Positions 52,847 to 64,000 of a stretch of 64,000 bases of DNA are shown one piece after another. The first letter of the stretch is position 1; every line of letters starts with the position of its first letter. The DNA lies in the NCBI GenBank assembly GCA_964016885.1, contig OZ024749.1:6696001-6760000 (forward strand), given 5' to 3'. This stretch comes from Eledone cirrhosa. Lineage: Eukaryota. The position numbers and the translations under genes were made by a program. The notes under the pieces are model-generated. The model saw only the letters and a list, made by a program, of their open reading frames with translations. It was not told the origin of the DNA and ran no database searches.

Positions 52847-53364
52847 CAGTAGTAGTAGTAGCAGTAGTAGTGGTGGTGGTGGTTGTGGTGGTAGTGGTAG
52901 TGATAGTAGTAGTAGTGGTGGTAGTAGTAGTTGTAGTAGTAGTAGTAGTAGTAGTAGTAGCAGCAGTAGTAGTAGTGGTGGTGGTAGTGGTAGTGATGGT
53001 AGTAGTAGTGGTGGTGTTGGTAGTAGTAGTAATAGTGGTTGTAGTAGTAGTAGTAGTAGTAGTAGCGGTGGTGGTGGTGGTAGTAGCAGTAGTAGTGGTG
53101 GTGGTGGTTGTGGTGGTAGTAGTTGTTGTGGTGGTAGTAGTAGTAGTGGTGGTGGTGGTGGCAGTGGTAGTGGTAGTAGTAGTAGTGGTGGTAGTGGTGG
53201 TGGTAGTAGTGTTGATGGAGGAGGTGGTAGTAGTGGTGGTAGTGGTGGTGGTGGTAGTAATGGTGGTGGTAGTAGTGTTGGTAGTGGTAGTAGTAGTGGT
53301 GTTGGCGGTAGCAGTAGTAGTGGGGGTGGTGTTGGTGGCAGCAGCAGCAGTGGTGGTGATGGTG

Positions 53365-54803
53365 GTGACCAGCACAACCTAGAGAACTAAGTCTTTGTAA
53401 TTGTTGCTATAGTGACCAGCACAACCTAGAGAACTAAGTCTTTGTAACTGTTGCTATAGTGACCAGCACAAACTAGAGAACTAAGTCTTTGTAACTGTTG
53501 CTATAGTGACCAGCACAACCTAGAGAACTAAGTCTTTGTAACTGTTGCTATAGTGACCAGCACAAACTAGAGAACTAAGTCTTTGTAACTGTTGCTATAG
53601 TGACCAGCACAACCTAGAGAACTAAGTCTTTGTAACTGTTGCTATAGTGACCAGCACAACCTAGAGAACTAAGTCTTTGTAATTGTTGCTATAGTGACCA
53701 GCACAACCTAGAGAACTAAGTCTTTGTAACTGTTGCTATAGTGACCAGCACAACCTAGAGAACTAAGTCTTTGTAATTGTTGCTATAGTGACCAGCACAA
53801 CCTAGAGAACTAAGTCTTTGTAACTGTTGCTATAGTGACCAGCACAACCTAGAGAACTAAGTCTTTGTAACTGTTGCTATAGTGACCAGCACAAACTAGA
53901 GAACTAAGTCTTTGTAACTGTTGCTATAGTGACCAGCACAACCTAGAGAACTAAGTCTTTGTAACTGTTGCTATAGTGACCAGCACAACCTATAGAACTA
54001 AGTCTTTGTAACTGTTGCTATAGTGACCACCACAGACTAGAAAACTGTCTTTGTAACTGTTGCCATAGTGACCACCACAAACTAGAAAACTAAGCTGTAA
54101 ATGTTGCTATAGTGACCACCACAGACTAGAAAACTAAGTCTGTGTAACTGTTGCCATAGTGACCACCACAAGCTAGAAAACTAAGTCTGTGTAACTGTTG
54201 CCATAGTGACCACCACAAGCTAGAAAACTAAGGCTGTGTAACTGTTGATATAGTGACCAGCACAAACTAAGGCTGTAACTGTTGCTATAGTGACCAGCAC
54301 AAACTAAGGCTTTGTAACTGTTGCTATAGTGACCAGCACAGACTAGAAAACTAAGTCTGTGTAACTGTTGCAATAGTGACCAGCACAATCTAGAGAACTA
54401 AGGCTGTAACTGTTGCTATAGTGACCAGCACAAACTAAGGCTTTGTAACTGTTGCTATAGTGACCAGCACAGACTAGAAAACTAAGTCTGTGTAACTGTT
54501 GCAATAGTGACCAGCACAATCTAGAGAACTAAGGCTGTAACTGTTGCTATAGTGACCACCACAGACTAGAAAACTAAGTCTGTGTAACTGTTGCAATAGT
54601 GACCAGCACAATCTAGAGAACTAAGGCTGTAACTGTTGCTATAGTGACCACCACATACTAGAAAACTAAGTCTGTGTAACTGTTGCAATAGTGACCAGCA
54701 CAATCTAGAGAACTAAGGCTGTAACTGTTGCTATAGTGACCACCACAGACTAGAAAACTAAGTCTGTGTAACTGTTGCTATAGTGACCAGCACAATCTAG
54801 AGA
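53365..54803. repeat. 47-bp tandem array, ~31 units, turning into higher-order variants after ~54020
   Basis: Unit gtgaccagcacaacctagagaactaagtctttgtaactgttgctata. Confidence 0.96.
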
Positions 54804-55050
54804 AACTGATTGAAAATGAAAATGCCACAGTCTTGTGGGACATTGTAATTGCAAGAGATAGTGTCATTGAAGAGAGAAAGCCTGACGTTATTGTGATGGA
54901 TAAGAATGAGAAGTGTTGGGTAATTGATGTGGTTGTAACAGGGGGTCATTTTATGAGAGGGAAGGAAAAAAGAAAATATTGACAACTAATGTAAGCTGGC
55001 AGTTGAAATTGCTAGAGTGTGGGACAAAAATATGACAAGAGCAATAGTGA
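54791..55050 (+). pseudogene. Restriction-like endonuclease domain remnant of an R4/Dong-type non-LTR retrotransposon
   Basis: Hand translation from 54791: HNLEKLIENENATVLWDIVIARDSVIEERKPDVIVMDKNEKCWVIDVVVTGGHFMRGKEKRKY, then ..LAVEIARVW; absent from the ORF track. Confidence 0.8.
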
Positions 55051-56135
55051 TAGAACAAGCATAACGATTGGTCAGTAAAAATATTACCAATAGTGATGGG
55101 AGCATTTTGATTGGTCAGTAAAAATATTACCAATAGTGATGAGAGCATAACGATTGGTCAGTAAATATATTACCACTAGTGATGGGAGCATTTTGATTGG
55201 TCACCGAAAATATTAGCAATATTGATGGGAGCATTACGATTGGTCAGTAAAAATATTACCAATAGTGATAGAAGCATTTTGATTGGTCACCAAAAATATT
55301 ACCAATATTGATGAGAGCATTACGATTGGTCAGTAAAAATATTACCAATAGTGATAGGAGCATTTTGATTGGTCACCAAAAATATTACCAATAGTGATGA
55401 GAACATTACGATTGGTCAGTAAAAATATTACCAATAGTAATAGGAGCATTATGATTGGTTACCAAAAATATTACCAATAGTGATAGGAGCATATTGATTG
55501 GTCAGTAAAAATATTACCAATAGTGATAGGAGCATTTTGATTGGTCACCGAAAATATTACCAATAGTGATGAGAGCATTATGATTGGTCAGTAAAAATAT
55601 TACCAATAGTGATAGCATTTTGATTGGTCACCGAAAATATTACCAATAGTGATGAGAGCATTATGATTGGTCAGTAAAAATATTACCAATAGTGATAGGA
55701 GCATTTTGATTGGTCACCGAAAATATTACCAATAGTGATGAGAGCATTATGATTGGTCAGTAAAAATATTACCAATAGTGATAGGAGCATTTTGATTGGT
55801 CACCGAAAATATTACCAATAGTGATAGGAGCATTTTGATTGGTCACCGAAAATATTACCAATAGTGATGAGAGCATTATGATTGGTCAGTAAAAATATTA
55901 CCAATAGTGATAGGAGCATTTTGATTGGTCACAGAAAATATTACCAATAGTAATAGGAGCATTATGATTGGTCAGTAAAAATGATAGCAATAGGAGCATT
56001 ATGGTTGGTCAGTAATGACAATAGTAATAGAAGGAGCATGATGATTGGTCAGTAAAAATGATAGTGATAGAAGGAACATTATGATTGGTCAGTAAAAACA
56101 ATAGTGATAAAAGGAGCATTATGATTGGTCAGTGA
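55043..56135. repeat. 43-bp tandem array with alternating dimer structure, ~25 units
   Basis: Unit gattggtca(gt/cc)aaaaatattaccaatagtgataggagcattt(t). Confidence 0.95.
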
Positions 56136-56389
56136 AAATGTAGTGTTATAGGATGGAAACTGGCATTTTATTAAATATAACTATTCTGTAAAAATTTGAT
56201 TTGTTGAGGAACTTTGAACAGTCTGTGCAATGTATATTCAATCTGAGGTTATTTGACTTGGGTGATTAAATAGCACCAGTCTATTGGAATCGCAGGCTTA
56301 GGATGACCCCCCCCCCCCCAGCCTTGTTGAGCAAGAAGAAGAAGAAGACTAGTCTAAGAATTGAGCAAACTTGGAATATAATATAATAA

Positions 56390-56968
56390 AGGTTTCTACT
56401 TTTGGCACAAGGCCAGCAATTTTGGGGGAGGGGAAAGGCAATTAAATCGAGCCCGGTGCATTACTGGTACTTTATCTTATCGACCCCGTAAGGATGAAAG
56501 GCAAAGTCAACCTCGGCAGAATTTGAACTTAGATCGTAAAGGGACGTAACTCTATGATGCAAAGCATGGCGTCCGACCCTCCACCGATACTGCCAATCCA
56601 CCGCCCTAACATGGCGTCCGACCCTCTACCGATACTGCCAATCCACCGCCCTAACATGGTGTCCGACCCTCTACCGATACTGCCAATCCACCGCCCTAAC
56701 ATGGTGTCCGACCCTCTACCGATACTGCCAATCCACCGCCCTAACATGGTGTCCGACCCTCTACCGATACTGCCAATCCACCGCCCTAACATGGTGTCCG
56801 ACCCTCTACCGATACTGCCAATCCACCGCCCTAACATGGCGTCCGACCCTGTACCGATACTGCCAATCCACCGCCCTAACATGGTGTCCGACCCTCTACC
56901 GATACTGCCAATCCACCGCCCTAACATGGTGTCCGACCCTCTACCGATACTGCCAATCCACCGCCCTA
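56390..56968 (-). mobile_element. SINE B whose 45-bp 5' head is repeated 9 times (56565-56968)
   Basis: catggtgtccgaccctctaccgatactgccaatccaccgccctaa x9, contiguous with the SINE body. Confidence 0.92.
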
Positions 56969-57760
56969 AATAGATATAATGGAATATGAACACACGGACG
57001 CGCAAACACACATACTAACACACACACAAACACATACAAGAACACACACACTAACACAGACAGACACACATACACACAAACACACGCGCACACACACAAA
57101 TGCACACATACACACAGATACACACACACAAATGCACACACAAATACACACATACACACTGACAAACACACACACATACAAATGCACACACACACACACA
57201 CACAAATGCACATATATACACAGGCATAGAAACACAGAGACACACACACACACAAATGCACACATACAAACAGACAAAGAAACAGAGAGAGAGAAAAAAA
57301 TGCACAAATGCACACATACACACACACACACAAACATATACACACAAACAAACAAACACAAGCACACACAAATGCACACATACACACACAAACATATACA
57401 CACAAACAAACAAACACAAACACACACAAACAAACACACACATACATAACACAAACACACATATACACACAAACAAACAAACTAACACATACACACAAAT
57501 TTACACACACACACATACACACGCACACGCAATCATAGTTCATGAAAACACATGATTAAACAAGAAGTATTAGGGAAATTCTGACATTCAAAATTTGCAA
57601 GAAAATGAAAATAAGAAAAAAAATGAAGATTTAAAACATTGAAGGCTTTTTGGTTAAAAAGTTGGAGACTATTTCAAAAACAATATATGTTTATTTCTGT
57701 AATGGAAGAAAAAATATATATAAGTGTGTGTGTGAGTGTGAGAGTGTGTGTGTGAGAGAG

Positions 57761-57792
<32 letters not shown>

Positions 57793-58253
57793 GGTGTGAG
57801 TGTGTGTGTGTCTAAACAGACAGACAAATAAACAGATAAAGAGAGAGAGAGACGGCTAGATAAATACATAGGTAAATAAACAAATGGATTTATATATATA
57901 TATGTTTGAATGTGTGTATATATATATATATATATATGTGTTTGTGTGTGTGTGTATATATGTGTATGTGAGTGTATATATATATATGTGAGTGTGTGTG
58001 TATGTATGTGCGCGTGTGTGTGTATATATATGTATGTGAGTGTATATATATATATTATATGTGAGTGTGTATATATATATATGTATGTATGTGTGTGTAT
58101 ATAAATGTGTGCGTATATATGTATTTATATATGTATGTGTATAAATATATATATATTTATATATATATATGTATGTATGTATGTATAGATGTATGTGTAT
58201 ATTTATATATATACATACATATATATACATATATATACATATATATATATATG

Positions 58254-58306
<53 letters not shown>

Positions 58307-61004
58307 GTATTTATATATATGTATGTGAATATATATATATATGTGTGTTTAGAGAGAGACGTAATAAAATATAAGGTATAAGTTTCTTTTACTTCAATAT
58401 AGGTGACAGCTCTGGAATAATATAGTTAAGAGAAAGTACATCATAACAATAACAATAATTATTTCTACTTTTAGGCACAAGGCCAGCAATTACCCAGTAC
58501 ATTACTGGTACTTTATTTTATCGACCCCGTAAGGATGAAAGGCAAAGTTAACCTTGGCGGGATTTGAACTCAGAATGGCAAGGGCCGTAACTCTATGCGT
58601 CAAAGCATGGCGTCCGACTCTCTACCGATACTGCCAATCCACTGCTAGTAATAATTGTTTCTAGTATAAGCACAAGGTGAAGTTGATTAAATCAACCCCA
58701 GTACATTACTGGTACTTTAGTTTATCGACCCCGTAAGGAAGAAAGGCAAAGTTAAGCTCGGTGGGATTATAAGGGATATAACTGTGTGCTGTAAAGTATG
58801 GTGTCCGACCCTCCACCGATTCTGCCTATCCACAACTAATAACGATTTCTAGTAGAGGCACAAGGCCAGTAATTTTTTTTTTTTTTGTGGGGGAAGTCGA
58901 TTAAATTGACACCCAGTGCATTACTGGTACTTTATTTTATCAACCCCGTAAGGATGAAATGCAAAGTCAACCTCGGCGGGATTTGAACTCAGATCGTAAT
59001 GATGGTGATGGTGATAGTGATAGTGGTGGTGGTGATGGTGGTGATAGTGGTGATGGTGGTGATAGTGGTGGTGGTGGTGGTGGTGGTGGTGGTGATAGTG
59101 GTGGTGGTGGTGGTGGTGGTGGTGGTGATGGTGGTGATGTGGTGGTGGTGGTGGTGGTGGTGTGGTGATGGTGGTGGTGGTGGTGGTGGTGGTGGTGGTG
59201 GTGGTGGTGGTGATGGTGGTGATAGTGGTGATGGTGGTGATGGTGGTGATAGTGGTGGTGGTGGTGGTGGTAGTGGTGGTGATAGTGGTGGTGATGGTGG
59301 TGATAGTGGTGATGTGGTGGTGGTGGTGGTGGTGGTGGTGGTGTGGTGATGGTGGTGATAGTGGTGGTGGTGGTGGTGGTGGTGGTGGTGGTGGTGGTGG
59401 TGGTGGTGGTGGTGGTGGTGGTGGTAGTGGTGGTGGTGGTGGTGGTGATGGTGGTGATGGTGGTGATGGTGGTGATAGTGGTGATGTGGTGGTGGTGGTG
59501 GTGATGGTGGTGTTGGTGATGGTGGTGGTGGGGGTGGTGGTGGTGATGGTGGTGGCGGTGGTGGTGGCGGGTGGTGATGGTGATGGTGGTGGTGGTGATA
59601 ATGAAGATGATCATTGTGATGATGATGATAACGATGAAGATGATGGCGGTGGCATAAAATGGTGATGATGATGATGATAATGGTGACTAGGACGACAATA
59701 ATGGTGATGCTGATGATGGTGATGATTATAGTGATGGTGACGATTATGATGATGATGTTGAAGTCTGGTGTTGATTATGATGGTGATTACGAAAGTGAAG
59801 ACAATGATGATTGTGATGGTGATGAAGACAATGATGATGATGATGGTGATGAAGACAATGATGATGATGATGGTGATGAAGACAATGATGATGAAGACAA
59901 TGATGATGATGATGAAGACAATGAAGACAAGATGATGATGATAATGATAATGAAGACAATGATGATGATGATAATGAAGACAATGATGATGATGATGATA
60001 ATGAAGACAATGATGATGATGATGATAATGATGATGGTGATGGTGATGAAGATAATGAAGACAATGATGATGATGATGCAGTTTGGTGATGTATTGGTGT
60101 GAACTGTTAAATAAAAGCCACAAGTAATTTTGGAAAATTCTCAACTCTTGCAGTTTTCCATTCTCCAAAACACTTCAGAAGAAATTCTCTTATCTATCAG
60201 CTTTTGTAATGATTAGTAAATATGGCCTTTTCACTGCCTGCCTGTCTATTCTTCTTCTTCTTATAGTTCTTTAACTAGCAATTAGGTTTATGCTGTACTT
60301 AAAGTCCATTTGTAAACAGCGCTTTTGAAATGTTATTAACTTTTCCAATTTTCTAGCATGGAAAATGGATGGAAAATAATGCTTTTCTTTAGCTTCATCA
60401 TCTATGTTGTTGCTGATTGTGATTCTGTAGAATATACTGGTTTATTTTCAAATGTATAGTCTCAAAAGAATCACTCCCTCCGTCCCTCTCTCCCATACAC
60501 TCTATTTTTTTTTACCTGGTTTGCTTTCAGTCATTATATTGCAATCATTCTTATATACTGACTTCAAGAGTTAAGTAAAACTGCTATGTTGTGGTACATA
60601 AACAAACAACACTAGTTACTAAGAAGTGTAGACATAAATAACATACACATATACAAAACATACATACACATATACAAAACATACATACCCACATACATAT
60701 ATACATACATACATACATATATATATACACACACACACTGTGTAATTGAACTTCGTAATAAATATCCAACTAGGTAGAGCACTAAATCCAAGGGACAAGC
60801 TGTTACATAAAATATTTTATTACATGTATAGTTGCTGTAATAATTTATTAGTGTAGGTGTCATGACAAAAAGCACCTAGCCCACACTGTAAATGTGGTTG
60901 GCATTAGGAAGGGAATCCAGTTGTAGAAATCTTACCAGAAACAGTTCTAAATTAGCAACTTGCCCCAAATGGGACAACCTGTCTAACCCATGGTAACATG
61001 GAAA

Positions 61005-61310
61005 GTGCCATGGCGAAGTTTCTCCTCCAGTTCACCCTGTCCACTATTATCAGGTGAAGTACCCTTGTCACCAACCCAGTGTCATCTTCAAGGACATTCT
61101 TCAGTGTGATGGTTGGTCTTCCAACTCATCTGTATACATCTGATTTCCACAGAAGAGCTCTGCCAGTAGGTTTATTGTGCTATGTCACATGTCCAGCTAT
61201 TGCAAGCCTCCATTGCCCTTTGATGTGTGAAAGGTAAGTAGGTGAGCTCTTTGATGTCTGAAAGGTAAGTACGTGAGCCATAGATCAATCTATTTGCTAC
61301 TTGTAATTTC
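61005..61310 (-). mobile_element. Decayed RTE-like LINE 3' fragment
   Basis: WRLAIAGHV..LLW..GRPTITLKNVLEDDTGL..DRVNWR, with stops. Confidence 0.75.
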
Positions 61311-61324
61311 CAAGAGATCTTCTT

Positions 61325-61666
61325 CATCATCATCATCATCATCATTTTAACGTCTGCTTTTCCCTGCTTGCAAGGGTGGGACGGGAACTGATTCTGGCTT
61401 GATTTCTACAGCTGGATGCCCTTCCTAACAACCTCATTTACAGTGAGTCCTGGGTGCTTTTTTTTCCCGTGGCGCCTACACGTCCACTTTACAGTGGAAT
61501 GATATGGACCCCAGTCCTATCATCTCATTTCTACAGCTGAGTAAACTGGAGCAATGTGAAATAAAGTGTCTTGCTCAAGGAAACAACACATCACCCAGTC
61601 TGAAAATTGAACTCACAACCTTTTGATCGCAAGGCCAATGCTCTAACCACTAAGCCATGTGCCTCC
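61325..61666 (-). mobile_element. SINE family A
   Basis: Near-identical to the other copies. Confidence 0.9.
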
Positions 61667-63367
61667 ATCTCAATATTTACATATATGTGCCATTGATTTC
61701 TTTGTGTTTTTGTTAATGTCTTTGACTAACATCAAGAATAGACTAAGCTGTTGCTTTGAATGGCCATATTTTCATTGTTTTAAAAGGAAGTTGAGAATTC
61801 CTCATGTCCATATCATGCTCTGAGTTCATGGAACTGCCATTTGCTCACAACAGTGAGAGATGGGGAGAACAAGAGAGATAGAGGCAGTGAGAGTTTGGTC
61901 CTTTTGTGTTCAAACCTTGTGTATATAAGAGAGAATGAGTCTAAAAGCTGTTTCCAATATTTATACACTTCCAGTAATGTCACACTATAAACACAAAAAA
62001 ACACACTGCCAATTTATAACAAATTTACAACCTTAATTTCTGAAATATTTTCTGCATGTAACCAATATAGAATGGGTACAATCTATGAGTTATGTGATAT
62101 GACTAAAAAGGTTGGCATCTGGAATGGCATCAGGTTGTAAAACATTGTCTTAAAAAGCAGGAAGAATATAAAGTCTATCAAGGGAAAATGGCCTTTAACA
62201 TTTAAACCAGCCATATCCGGCCAGAATTCTCTTACATCTTTCTGTTCAAACCGGCTGTAACCGGCCACTCATACCGATGTTAAGGTATTGTTCTCAAAAT
62301 AAATAATATCAAAACCTCGTAGATTCGATATTATGTGAGATATTATGTGAGGTAAAGCCTTTACTGTGAAAATATAGAGTAATGTAAATGCTAAGGGGTT
62401 AAAACACCTACTGCTGTTTCTGTTTTTGTTCTGGTGTAAATACAAAAGACAAAGTTACCCCTAAAATATGGGGCATTGTAAATAAAGGAAAAGAAAGAAG
62501 TTTTGAGTCATGATGGAATCATAGGGTACCATCCTGACACACAATGTCTTGCGCTTTTTTAAAGCTGGCTGAGCCCACCCTTCTCCAGTTTGAATACAGC
62601 CAATTTATTTCAGAGATGAAGAGGGGAGTGATAAAGTGACAAAGAGAAAAAATTGACCCAAGTACTGGGTCTAGTCACTGTCAATCCCTGTTACTAAGGG
62701 TCAGTGCCCATGACAATAGTACCAACACTAATATCAGTGATTCACAAAGGGGTTCTGTGAAAAAAAGTAGGTGAATATATTTATATTACGACCATATAAC
62801 AGTGTCAGATTTGGGGTTCCCCTAAAAGTTTCTGAACCAAAAAGGGTTCCACTTCTGAAGAAGATTGGGAAAAACTGGTCTATATGATGCTGTATGTCCA
62901 TAATTCTCATTGGGGAAAGTGATATCGGTGGGTCCCGAAAGTTCGTCAGACCAAGCACTGGGTCTGGTACTATATTTAGCAACCTTGAAAGTAGGAAATA
63001 CAGAGTTAACATCAACAGGATTTGAATTATGAGTGGAGTGGAACAAAATCCAATGCATTTTAATCAACTTCCCTAACGACTGGGCCAGTTCATTGCCTTT
63101 TATTAATAAGGTATGGTATGGTCCCGTAACTCCTGATAGAGTAGTAGGGGCAACATAATGACATACAGCGCTTCTTGGGTATTTTAAGCCTGGCAGAGCC
63201 CATCCCTCTGTAGGCCTGAGTACAGCAGATTCCTTCCAGAGGGAGGAAGAATCGATCTCAGTACTAGACTGGTACTTTTTTTATCAATCTCGAAAAGATG
63301 AAAGGTAAAGTCGACCTCGGCAGGATTTGAACTCAGAGAGAAGAGAGCAGGGACCAATACACTAAAG

Positions 63368-63676
63368 CAGTGATTCTCAACGTGGTCCAGGTGGACCACC
63401 GGTGGTCCACATAGCATTTCTAGTGGTCCACAGAGAATTCGTAGCCATGAAAAAATTGTAGCCATTTCACAAAAATGTAACTTATATAATATTTTGTTTA
63501 ATTACACACATGTCCATTATATTTGAAAATTTCGAGTTCACAACTCTGATACTATCGGCATGTGGTTAGAATGTCTCTAGCAGTTCTATTACAAAAGATT
63601 TTAAAGTTTAGGTGGTCCACAGGAAAAAATTACTTATTTTGGTGGTCCACAGCGAAAAAAAGGTTGAGAGCCCCTG
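63368..63676. mobile_element. hAT-type MITE with 8-bp TSD, inserted in a SINE
   Basis: cactaaag at 63360-63367 and 63677-63684; TIR cagtgattctcaac / gttgagagcccctg; subterminal ggtggtccac repeats. Confidence 0.88.
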
Positions 63677-63720
63677 CACTAAAGGATTCTATCCAACATT
63701 CTAATGATTCTGCCAATTTA

Positions 63721-63777
<57 letters not shown>

Positions 63778-64000
63778 GATAGATTATGAAAGAACTGAAG
63801 AAAAAATTATTAAAAATATAGTTTAATGAATGGGTTAAAGATAATAAATAATAAATATATTTTTTAGACTTCATTCTCAAATAGGAAATCTTACTTTCAC
63901 AATACCTACATATATCATTTTAATTAAATTTATTCATCATTATATCAATGCACTTTTATTCATTTAGATTTTTTTGCTTATATGTATATACATACATATA

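Noticed and set aside
52671-53390. Gly/Ser-rich 239-aa plus-strand ORF
   Set aside because: Antisense to the real exon and otherwise (GTA/GTG)n repeat
62735-62877. Second hAT-like MITE
   Set aside because: TIR-like ends present but the 8-bp flanks match only partly; too degraded to call

Overview
Eukaryotic, AT-rich, microsatellite-dense animal DNA. The SINE/LINE repertoire suggests an octopod cephalopod (inference). Only one host exon is recognisable: a 192-nt minus-strand exon at 52597-52788 matching CCDC39, so most of the window is probably giant intron. The rest is repeats: an intact RTE-clade LINE (1039 aa, APE+RT+PHD-like finger) with partner tRNA-derived SINEs, a decayed Helitron, a truncated Penelope-like element (GIY-YIG), CRE-like and R4/Dong-like fragments, piggyBac- and hAT-type MITEs, a probable solo LTR and many minisatellites. 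The most striking pattern is a population of short non-coding elements of several sequence families, all sitting in (TA)n tracts. They carry minimal type-I hammerhead ribozymes (CTGANGA-stem II-GAAA-palindromic stem III-UH), are often folded back into long inverted repeats, and share a GAGTRC-type motif about 40-60 nt from their 3' end. One is split by a 5.7-kb block bounded by a 21-bp direct repeat. Several tandem arrays can be traced to short pieces of transposon sequence. All calls were made by eye, so boundaries are approximate.
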